A stretch of 64,000 nt of DNA from Balanoglossus misakiensis (Eukaryota > Animalia > Hemichordata): positions 17,874,728-17,938,727 of the forward strand of contig CM082578.2 of assembly GCA_040954595.2 (NCBI GenBank). The letters run 5' to 3'. Below, in pieces: positions 11,836 through 23,690 of the stretch; the first letter of the stretch is position 1; the number at the start of each line of letters is the position of its first letter. Made by a program: the position numbers and the translations under genes. The notes beneath the pieces are model-generated. The model saw nothing but the letters and a program-made list of their open reading frames with translations, did no database searches and was not told the origin of the DNA.

Positions 11836-14800
11836 CTAGAAAGGGTACTGTGATATATAAATATAGATTTGTGCAACCGTGCGACTCATCACTATGTCTG
11901 CATTGTTGAGACGATCCATTTGCAGTCGCAGAATAGTTCTGTATGGCCCGGTGACCTTCTTTAACAGCCTAACAGTACCTAAACAGTGGACAATGAAAAA
12001 ATACAACATATAAGCATTCAGATCAAATATTAGTTTGTCATTTGAAGCTAGAGGTTGAATTTTAAAAGCATAATGCATGGTAGCAAAGCAAAAAGTGGCA
12101 GATACCTGCAGTGCCCTGTTGAATAACGTCAAAGTAACCAAAGTCATTGCCGTCGACAATGCTGAATTTCATTATGGGATACGCAGTTCCTGGGACTATG
12201 GTTGGCCTCATGGTGATGAGTTGTCTTGGGGGCTGAAGGCCAGATGGCAGGGCGATGTAACTGAAGGAGATGGCCGTTGTTTGGTCCAAGAGGCAGCCAA
12301 CATCACTGGGCGAACACCTTTGCTTGATGCAGCGCACCTCGTCTTGTGAGCCTGGCCTGTAGAAGCAGAAGTCAGGTGATTTGTACTTGTTCCCATGGTG
12401 ATCAGGGATGTAGGATACCATGGCATCAGTCGGAAATGGTATGTTGTGTATCAAGTAACCATTTTCATTGTTGACCATGCACAAATTCACATACAACTTT
12501 TAGCTGATTCAACCAACATCACATTGTATTCCATTTGTGAATATGTGAGCTAAACAGAGATTTTTGATGAATGGCCACCTTCACCACCAAGGGAACCATT
12601 ACGAGAATCATTCTAATCTGGCGAAAATCGCCATTTAAATATACACATCACTTTACCATTATTAAAATTATGAAGAAAGCAATACCGAATTCTTAAAACA
12701 AAATTTATTCACTTAGTCATTCTTGTATAAAATATCTTTCTCAAATTTTTTTTCCATTTTGATTTTTTTCATTTTTACATGCTAACCTACCTAATTAGCT
12801 ATATGATTGATGAATAATATCCCTACTTGAATATATGAAAGACAACTCTTGGTGGTAAATGCAAAAAAAGGTTTGGAACTAAAATCAATCAGTGCAGATT
12901 CAAAAGATTTATTGCAATTGTAATAATATGGACATTTACAGTAGGTTAATGAGGTATGTGGGTCAGTACACTGGTATTGAAAAGAAATCAAGCTTTTCAA
13001 TTCATTGGATAAGAAAAAAAAACATCAACATAAAATAAAGTTTGTGTTAGTTAAGCCATATTAGGACTTGGTTAATTATGTTATATGGTAAGCTGGTGTG
13101 ATTATTTCTGTACGAAGCCAACTGCGCCCGGCCACTTACAAGGCCTTTGTATTCATAACGGATATTGTGTCCTGATTCTTCAGTGAACGCCAGACTGCGT
13201 CAGAAACAAGAAACTTGGAAATGCTTTTTCTAGAGAATCAGAAATTATTGTAATACTCCATGGGTGATGTACTGTGTATTTTATAAAGGTATACCTTTGA
13301 TGTTACTTTCAATTATCATACATGCAACTTTTATACCGAATGTTTGTTGAGAAATTCTTGCCAGAAAAGTCTTAGTATCTGTAACGGGTAACATAAATTA
13401 TGATTTTGGCCAGATTTCTCCCCGCTAAAGTTCCGTCATCGTAGCTTCGCATTTCCAAGTCAAGCTCAACGGTGCGCGGGCCCTGCAAGGATTTTATTAC
13501 GTAAATAGTCGCCTTCAGAGGTTCAGCATCATCGAGTTGGAATTCGCCGAGTTCATTTCCGTTGGTCAACTCAAACTGGTAAGTATTGGATGCATAGGGA
13601 ACGGCGGTCATTGTGAAGAGCCTGGCAGGGACTTTGATTCCAGAGGGGAAGGTTAAATAGTTGTAGGAGATGGCAAATGGTTTAGCCAAGCAAACTGCAT
13701 CGTCAATGGAACACTTCTGGCGACGGCAACGACTGCAATGAAAAATGGCAGCAACAAAGAAATCTGCATTAGTTTTGTTTTTCATTTTTATTTCATTGAT
13801 AGCGTCAGGAGGTTCCCATTTAAATCCACATGATAAAGATAAGCAAGAGGACAGATCATGAGAAACAAACAAGACAGCATGAACTGAGAGGAAACATAGA
13901 AGAGCAGATTTCTTTGTGTGCATTTCCTGCAGAGTGTGCATGTTTGCATTCTGTCAGTCGGTCTGTCTGTCTGTCTGTCTGACAGTCAGTCAGTCTGTCT
14001 GTCTGTCTGTCTGTTAGTATATTAGCAGTGGATGCAATCATAACACATATTCATGGCAATGTGGTGAGCAAAGTGGCGCAAACAGGGGAGGAGGTGTAGT
14101 GGAAATTTAATCATGAGCAAACTGTTCAATAAGTCTGGTTATTTCTGTTTAATGAAAGCTTGCTGATTTCCCCAGCCTCGATCAGGCGTACCAGTCTCCC
14201 ACTGATCATGATGATATCTTGATGAGGTTAGGTTTGTATGCAAATAGCTCATCAATGACTCAAATAATCAATCACACGATGGTGCATGCATGGCCAGCAA
14301 TCACCACAGTCTTTGAAATATTCCAGTTGTCAGTGCTGTGGTTCGAAAAATGTTAGCAGGGAAATTACTTACGCGGCGGAGGTTTTCACAAAATACTGTG
14401 GGCATGTGATGGAGTGACACTCGTAACTGCCACGTGTATTGAAGCAGGTCTGACCACTGCCACAGGTATGGTCACCATTGACACACTCATCAATATCTGG
14501 TACGGACAAAGTATGAGAAATAATGACTCAATGTTACATTTGGGTAAAACATAGTGTTATTACATTGTGCTCTCATTTGATATGGATTGGTACATATTTT
14601 CAATGATTGCCTTCATATCAACTTCTTGATCTCTCCTCCCTGTGTATACTCACCTCTACATGATCTCTTATCAGCAGCTAGATTGTAACCAGGAGGACAA
14701 GTACACTGATAGGAACCTGGGACATTCTGACAGAGGCCAATACACAAACTGCCCCGACTTGCGTATATAGCACACTCGTCCACATCTGAAACAATTAAGA

Positions 14801-17800
14801 TCCAAAAAATCAATTCATGAAGGGGCCATCTGAAGTTGGAAATGGAGGACAGCTTGTAAATTTGTCAAATGACACACATGCACTATTGAACAATACTTCA
14901 AGCGATATGCTATGACACCTTCAGCGGTGAGAATTTTGCCAGTAATACAACAAACAGTCATGGCAAGGCAAATGAGCAAAACTACATACCTATACATGTA
15001 ACGCTGTCAGGGCTAAGAGTATATCCACGATTACACACACACTGATATGAACCATAGTAATTGACACAGCTTTGACTGCAGGAATTCTCTTGGGCACACT
15101 CATCCACGTCTGTGTAATGAAATTTTTGTCAAAGAAGAGATCATTTAACAGTTACTGTCATAAATGAATCAGTTGACTGTATATATCATGAGCAATGTTA
15201 TCAATTTAGTGAGACTTAGTTTATTACCACAGCAACAGATTGCTAACCAAGCAATACTAGTCAACCTTTGTATGAAATCAGAATAGGTGCTGAGTTCATC
15301 AAAACATGTAACTTTTGTACACAGTACAGTTTAACCCAGTGGACCATGTGTTCAGTTGTCCTGTGTCACATGAGAATATCCTCCCATATAAACTTCCTTG
15401 GCCGTGCAAGGCCTCACAAGTTTGGAAATGGTCTATCACCTTGACAGTTGACATTATCTGGCGCTAACTCAAATCCATTTTGACATGTACACCGGAAAGA
15501 GCCAGGAGTATTAATACAGGATTGTTGACATCTTCCTCTCCATTCAGTACATTCATCAATATCTAAAAGACAGAAAATAGGAAATGTTTTGATGTATCCC
15601 AACATCTTGATGATAAAACCACACTGCCAATAAAAGGCAATTAATTGGCCATTAAGTACTAAAACAGTTGAATTGGTTGGACACTTCTTTTGTAAAGTTT
15701 CAAAAACTTTCATAGAGAAAAAGAAATTTTATACAAAATGTAGAATTTGTAATTCTATAATACTAGTAGGATTTTTCAGAGCGCTGGTGGACAATGTGTA
15801 ATTGTCTCAATTCAAACTCATGCTTGCTTGCATGACTCCGATAATATGCTTACCTGTACATGTTTTTGTAAGTTGATTGCCTCTGTAGCCTGATGGGCAG
15901 ACACAGCTATAACCTCCAGGCCTGTTTTGACAGGTCTGGTCTCCAGTACATTCATGGGTACCCTTGGCACATTCATCAATGTCTACGTGAAAAGACAAAT
16001 CATGAAACTTGCATTCAGTGATTTAGTAAAAAAACTTGAAATCATATAGCAGTGCTCTCTTGTTTTTGTTTTTGTTATTATAATTGTTATTATTGTTGTT
16101 ACTGTTGTTAATAATGATTTTCAATGCCATGAAACGGCAGGTTTAATATCACCATCAGCGCCATTATTATTATACTATTACACTTACCTTCACAAGACAA
16201 CCCATCTTCAGTCAATTCGTAGCCTGCACTGCAAGTCCGAATTGCAACACAACGATAGGATCCCACGGAGTTTATACACCGGGCGTTGCGGTGACAAGGA
16301 TTTCCTTCACATTCATTGATATCTGTGTATAATAAAGAGTATACATAAAATTTATTTTAATATCACTTCATGATTTCCTTGTGTTATCGAGATGTTCTTT
16401 CTTGTGGAGAATTTTACCACTTAAATGAAGAAATTATTTACAATTTTTCACAGTGATAAAAAGTGCTGCTGTATGTGTCACATAGGTCTGCTTACCAATG
16501 CAGTTGCCACGAGCATCATTGTCATAACCAAGACCACAATCAATGAGATTTTCACAGCGGAATGACCCCTGGGTGTTGACACACTGTTGGTTGGATCCAC
16601 AATTGTGAGTTCCCAAACTACACTCATCATCATCTGCCAAGAAATTAAGTTACTTGTTAGACACTGTACAACACAGAGTTGATAATGGTCCCTGCTCGAT
16701 GATTACGAGTAAGAAAATGTAAGAGGAAATCTCAGTGGAATGAAGGTGGTGTCTGCTGAATGGCCCTGACAATGTTACTCACAAAGTTTTAACCAGGAAC
16801 TAGAATGAGACCATATCACAAAACAAAACTGTACCATGTGCCTTTTAGACCAACAAGTTAAGTCAATGATTAAAACATCAATGATGCATTACAAATCTGA
16901 TGCCAATGACAAACTACTGCACTCACCAACACACTGTTGAGTTGAAGCACTCAAAGTGTAACCTGTCCCACAATCCCGTATTCTTTGACAGTTGTAGGAA
17001 CCATAGGTATTGACACATCGCTGGCCTTCAGTGCAGGCTGATCTACCCAGCGCACATTCATTGATGTCTGTAACAGATCACACAATTGGTCAATGACCAT
17101 AACCTACTTGTTTTGGGGGAAAAAGATAACATATAGGGAATAGTCAATAACACGAAGAGCTTGGGTTTCAAGACTTACCATCACAATTTCGTGTAAGAGC
17201 GTTGAACTGAGTACCATCTCGGCAGACCACGCGTTGCCGACAGATGTAATCCCCTGGTCTATTGATACACTCTTGTCCCTCGCTGCAAGGGTTACTAAGT
17301 TCAATACACTCATCAATATCTGTAAGGAAAATTGAGAACTGTTGTTAAAATGCATCTCAGAAATGGGAAGAAGTTTATTTTCCTTATAAGAATGTTCTAT
17401 AGAGTTATATAGCATGCCACAGATTTTGATATGATGCTAACGATCACACTGAGTTATGGCTAAAAATGGGAGCTAATAAAACCACTTTTTCTTTCTACAA
17501 CTTTGCAAACCAAGCTCTGCACCTTCACAGTCCCGTAGGTTGCTTGATAGTTGGTAGCCATTTTGGCAAAGGCATTCAGCACCAGTGACACTTTCCCGGC
17601 AATCATACTGGCACTGTAAGTCACTGCACACTGGAACAGCTGCAATGGAACAGAATAATAAGGAAATATTTGTTGACTAGTTTTAGTCACTGCATTGCTA
17701 TTTTTTAACGGCAGACTGGGATAGAAGCTAAATTAATTGATCACCTAAGTCCAGCCAGCAGCTCACTTTCAAATAGTCCACAAGCCAAATAAGTTGCCCT

Positions 17801-20800
17801 TCTGTTAATTTGGGCTAATCAGAGTGACGAAAAAAAACCCAACTTGGCTGAGGTCATAAAGGGCTGGTGGATTTCCTCACTCTTGAAACTTCTTAATTAA
17901 CACAATGCACTAGTATTTACCCAGTTCACAATTCTGTCCATTGGCAGCTAATTGGTAACCAGGATAACATGAGCACTGCACTCCTGTAGCGATATCTGTG
18001 CACCGGTGTTCACAGGGGGACTCATCACATGTCACTGTACATGTGCAAAACAAGCAGACATCAATGCATGTAAACAAATAAAATTCATGAGAGCGTTGCT
18101 AAGCAATCAAGGAATAGGTTGTCGACTGAATCGTGTCTGACATGTTTTGAAAATGTTTATTAATAAAATATGTAAATTAGCAATTACTAAGTGATGATAG
18201 GATTATGAACTGATTTTTGGGTGTTGACGTCTTGGCTTACCTTGTTTACAATTGATGCCATTTTCTTCCAATTGGTATCCTGGATAACAGGTACACTGGA
18301 ATCCTCCCTCTGTGTCTCTACATTCCTGTTCACATGGTCTGTCACGGCATGTTATGCGTACTGTGGAGATAATCAAGGCACATCACGCATTGATTACAGA
18401 TCAGGATAGACATCACTCACAGCCAACATTCTGCTATCCTAACACAATACCTAGTACCTACCTAGTTCACAATTCAGTCCATTGGCAGCTAATTGGTAAC
18501 CAGGGAAACATGAGCACTGCACTGCAGTTGCAGTATCTGTGCACTCGTGTTGGCAGGGGGAGTTCTCACATGTCACTGTACGCGCTGCAAGGCAAACAGT
18601 ACATCAGTAAAACAGCAGAGACAAAAATCAAGTGAACTGTCACTAATAAATAGTCATGGCCTGGAAAGGGAGCAGTCACTGGAAGCTTACCCCGTTTGCA
18701 ATTAATTCCATTTCCTTCCAACTGATATCCGGAATAACAGGAACACTGGAAACCTTGCTCTGTGTCTGTACATTCCTGTTCACATGGTCTGTCACGGCAT
18801 GTTACTCGGACTGTAGAGAGGCACAAAAATTGATTAAAGACGGAAATTTAGGTACATGCAGTATTCATGCAGACACCTGTCATTCCATATAAAAGTTTCT
18901 TTTTTGCCTTCTTGAAAACTTTTGATTCACAGCCACAAAAATAATGCAACATTTCCAAACCTAGATTTCAGTATAACCTACTATTCAAAGCATGATACAT
19001 TATCTGGTGTGATTAATACCTAGTTCACAATTGCGTCTGTTGGCAGCTAGTTGGTAGCCTTCCTCACACGAACACTGAGCACCAAGAACAGTATCTTCAC
19101 ATAGTTGTTCACACGGTGACTCAGAGCAAGTCACACGGACTGCAAAAAAATAACAGGAGAGATGGTCACTTTCACAACGGCACTTCGTATGTACCAGATC
19201 TCGGCAAAATTTGCTTACTTTTGATTAGGCTATAAGCTGTGGATTTGCCTTGCAGCTCTGCAGGGGTGCAAGTAATAAATCATTCCATTAAAACTCCACC
19301 GTTAAACATACAAGCTATCTTGAAGAGCTGAGTACTGGGTATATTAGCATGCTGTTTGGAGTAGAACAAGAAGTTGCATTTGGTACACATACATGTATGC
19401 TGAAAATAAAGCCAAAAGTTACAGTTATGTTCCTTAGTAAGTAACTACAAAGCTATATATACCAGAATACACCATATACAGCCACTATGTTATTATGTTT
19501 ATATATTAGTACTGACAAGACATCCATACCAACCTGAAGAGCAGTTAAACATTTGACATTGCCTTACATACAAATTGACACAATAACCTACTGCCTGGCT
19601 TACAATATCATATCTTCGAGGAGAAACAAACAGATCATGTAATAATGACATACAGTACCAAGCTCTTGCGTTATGAACACTTTGTGGAGCTATAAAACCT
19701 AAATCTTCTACCTTCTCAAATCACATAACTTGATTACTTGTCTGTTGTTTTTGTGACTATCGTATGAGCAATACTGCTGATTTCAAACACAATTAAGTTA
19801 CCTTGATTACAGTTTCTTCTATTTGCATCTAAAACATAACCTTCTCTACAGGAACACTGAACACCACGACTGGTGTCTTCACAGTCCTGTTCACAGGGAC
19901 TGTCTCTACAGGTGATTAGCTCTAAACGATGCATATGGTGTGGCCATAGAGAGAAAGAGTACAACACAGATAGATGTATACAGGGCGGGAAACAAGTAGG
20001 TAACATATAGATGCATGCAAACACACAGAGTCAGACAGTGGGAGACATCATGAGGCCAGACACATAGAACAGAGGTAATATATTCACATGCAAACACAGG
20101 AATTTAACACAGGAACATAAAAAGAGGCAAAAAGAGTCATAAAAATATGCACAGAATGAGACACATGAGGAAGTCAGACAGAGAGATCCGAGTGACATGG
20201 AGTAGTAATTACATGTGTATCCATTCAGGATCAGAAGAGGCCTTACACTCAGAATACCGTAATATGACTCATATTTGACACATTGGTATAATCTTAGTGA
20301 CTTTGTGCACTAGTCCCTGGAAGGAATCACATGACCAGTACAGACAAAAATCATGTGAAAAATGTCTGCAAAAGGATTATGTGAACCTCAGAACACAACT
20401 GCATAAACTGTATAACGGGTCTTAGGTCAGAGACAGGACTTGGTCACAGGGGGCAGTTTCATGATTGGCCAGAAATTTGACATGACAAGGAGAAGGTTTG
20501 TGATTGGACAATCAGGTGCAGGAGTCGATCAATGAAGTGAACTTGTCAACATTTGATGCATATCTGAGGTGAATGATCTGTATGTTGTTAAAACTTTGAA
20601 TTTAATACATTTAAAACAGAAATGTGATCATATATTGCAATCATTTGCCAATCGATTAGTGTAAAGAATTAAACCCTTAAGTTTTTGTGTTAGACTTTTG
20701 ATGACATTTTTTTTCAAATCATTTACCTTCTTTGCAGGTTCTACCATCAGACTGAAGAATATAGCCATCGTTACAAGCACACATAAATGAACCTGGTGTG

Positions 20801-23690
20801 TTGATACACTGATGTGCACACAACTGACCACGAAACTCAGCACACTCATCTCTGTTATCTGTGAAAGTAATGTCATGGTTATACACCTACTGCTGTCAGA
20901 AATGCTATTCTGTCACGCAACACGTTTCCATATTTGTACATTACGCAGAATCCCAAGATGGCCAACTGATGCGTTTTGATGTGTGTGTCTGTTTACCAGT
21001 AATTTACTGCATTTAATTATGGCATTCTTTTGAAAAAGTGCTTAAAGTTAAATAGCCACAGCATTCTCAAAAACATGCTAACTTTAATATAAAAGCTCTC
21101 TCTGGATGATGAAAATGATTGATGCATACTTTCCAATAGACACTTACCTTCTGGTGTTTCTGTAGGAGGAATGATGATATTGCTACGAATACAGCATTCT
21201 CGAAAGGCTCGATCACAAGGGTCGCCTAAAGTCATAATACGGTCACAACTGGCAAATGGCATCTCCTGTTTTGCTTTAACTCCAAGCTGACAACAATGAC
21301 AGCATTCCTGGAAATTAAAAGATTCAGGAAAAAGTTGGCAGGTCTGATTATTACTGAATTTCATGAAATTTAAAGCTATATGAACTCTCTCATAAATCTA
21401 CATAGGGGTAAAGTGTTGATCCCTGCCTGCCAAACAGCAATACCCATGACCTCGTCAGACTTTACCTGAAACTCCTCGCCACCAATAATATCCGATCTCA
21501 TCTGACACGTCCCACCACCTCTGGCTTCCAACAGTCCTTGGTTGCACTGTAACTCCTGCAGTGACTGCACACAGCACACAGACATGATACGGACACAGCT
21601 CTCCTGATCTTCATTCCTGATCTCAGCCAACGGAAGGGAGTAATCTGTGCAGCCCTGAGTGTTTTCCGCCAACACCTCACCACGTATACAACACTCTTCC
21701 TTGATGTCCAGCATAATGCCTGTGATCATTAAAATAAAGATATTGTGGACCAAATGATGAAACTTTGTCACTTGCTACCGGACAGATGTCAGCTAGACTT
21801 CCCACTGTCCACATGTTTGTCTGTAATACCTACTGTGCAGCCAAACCACAATTGATAACAATGCAACACTTCTCCTGAATAGGTTTGCCAGCCTTGTTCT
21901 TTAGTGTCATTGTTATGAGGTCAAAGTTCATGTCACCTTCACCAGATTCAATTATCCTAATATAACTGAATAAAGCATCCTCCTTTACTTCCTATACTAT
22001 GGTTTGTCCCGGCAATATCCTATGCATTCAGTTGTGAATTACATAGATGTATCATGAACAGTGGTGTCCCTCCCTGTCCACGATGGAACCAGACAGTTTA
22101 ATACTAGAGGTGGGGGAGGGGGTACAATAGCATCCTGTGTCAAACTTTGGCTGACATCCGTCTTTCTTATTCACCTCAATGAATTACCAAGAAATATTTT
22201 GTTTGTTCATTTGTTTGTTTTTTGGTGTGGGCAGGGATTTCTGGAGACTGTGATCAGCCACTCTGACCTGTAATCATTGCAAGGCCTGCCCATGCAATCT
22301 GATGACGTCTGTAACATTTGAACATTTATTGACACAACAAAAAAATAATCTTCCATTGTGTCATGGAATCTAAGGAACAAACTTCCTGCATTCTTAACTC
22401 TTGTCATGTTCATAATTATTTCTTTCAGTAGACAGAAAATTGCATAAAATTCCTGCATAGGTAATAGAAGTGTTGAAGCATAATTAATATGTTCTCCCTA
22501 CTCAGATTAGGTTAGAACTGCATAACAGCTGTTCCTGAGCCTGGAATGCATGAACAAGACTATTCCTTGATTACAAGCCCTGTGCACAGTCTCTCAAGAA
22601 AGACTGCAGTGCCCTGTTATCAGAATGGCTTATTGACGTACATTGATTTGAAAGGCTAGTACACTGATTTGAAAGGGTGGCAAATTGCACTCGCATAGAT
22701 AATACATATTCCCGTGGCCTGTTTGTGTCGAGGGAGTCAGTGGTAGGGCCATGGATCAGCAGCGAAGATAAAGTGATCGCATGTAAATCCAACACCAGCG
22801 TCCATGCCCTTAACCGTTTAATGTCAGGAACTTTTTATTCCCATCGGTAAAAACTAGAGCAAGTAGCAATTTGCGATAAAAAACACTTGGTATCAGCTGG
22901 TATCATTTATATATCCAGTGGTGACTGGTTCCACACAGTAGTGCAGGACATGTTTGCAGACCCCAGTATTACAATTAACTGCCAGAGATTACATTACAAT
23001 ACAATGTAACACCAGAAGAAGTATCGCTAAGCCACTTGAGCCGCGCATGGAAACTTTCTCACACTTAGGACTACTGTGCATAGAGTGTCACCGGTCACTG
23101 ACTTTGCCTTCTTTCAACTGTTTCAACATGACTGCCAGTGGTGTAAAGTATATATATCAGCACATCTTGTTTTGAAACTTTAAAAAAAAATTGGATATCT
23201 TGGAAATGGGGGGAAAAGTCAAAAGTGTCGTGCACCCTTCAAATGATCTTGATTTGGGGCCAAATAACTTGGAAAAAGTAACTTTGGTGAAAATCTATGG
23301 GACAGCATGTAGCAAGTTAAAGGAAACCCTAAAAGAGCCAGAGTGGTTTAAAGCAAATTCACTGGAATTTCCAAATCTGCTCCTTAAGATAACACAAGCT
23401 AGAAAGAAGCCTTGACAATGTGATGGTAAAAGCAGCTCAGCTTTGCTTACCCACAGTTTAGTGAATGGACATAAAGTTGACACCCACACGAAATGTTTGC
23501 AGGGAAAAGATGCATACCATTGTTATCTCCCCACAAATTCTCTGCTTGCCACAAGGCAGGAACTTGTGAGCAACTACTGCTGTCTGGCCATAAACAAGAG
23601 AAAAACAAAGATTAAATCATTCTCACCTTCCACTACAACTTGAATGCTGCACACAGAAGCAGACAGAAAGTAGATCCACCACATCTGCAT
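11836..23690 (-). CDS. Fibulin-1/2-like extracellular matrix protein, D-type isoform (signal peptide, anaphylatoxin domains, 17 EGF modules, fibulin C-terminal domain)
   Basis: Signal exon 23690-23627 ([22 protein letters not shown]). Anaphylatoxin exons 21719-21466, 21307-21148. EGF exons 20858-20727, 19921-19802, 19139-19020, 18810-18691, 18584(or 18575)-18462, 18360-18241, 18034-17921, 17639-17523, 17319-17179, 17067-16927, 16633-16496, 16322-16188, 15982-15854, 15562-15440, 15109-14990, 14785-14654, 14496-14373. D-terminal exons 12356-12106 and 11978-11836 (ends [10 protein letters not shown]). Confidence 0.9.
13372..13732 (-). CDS. Alternative terminal exon of the fibulin gene (C-type domain III)
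   Basis: Phase-2 acceptor cattgcag|T CGT TGC continues in frame from the last EGF exon (KTSAA|RCRRQKC...[10 protein letters not shown]). Resembles human fibulin-1C (T|RCERLPC). Minus-strand AATAAA at 12704-12709. Confidence 0.85.
13951..14013. repeat. (CTGT)n/(CAGT)n tetranucleotide microsatellite
   Basis: ctgtcagtcggtctgtctgtctgtctgtctgacagtcagtcagtctgtctgtctgtctgtctgt; source of the spurious TDRQTDR ORF. Confidence 0.85.
16061..16115. repeat. Low-complexity (TTA/TTG)n tract
   Basis: tgtttttgtttttgttattataattgttattattgttgttactgttgttaataat. Confidence 0.6.
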
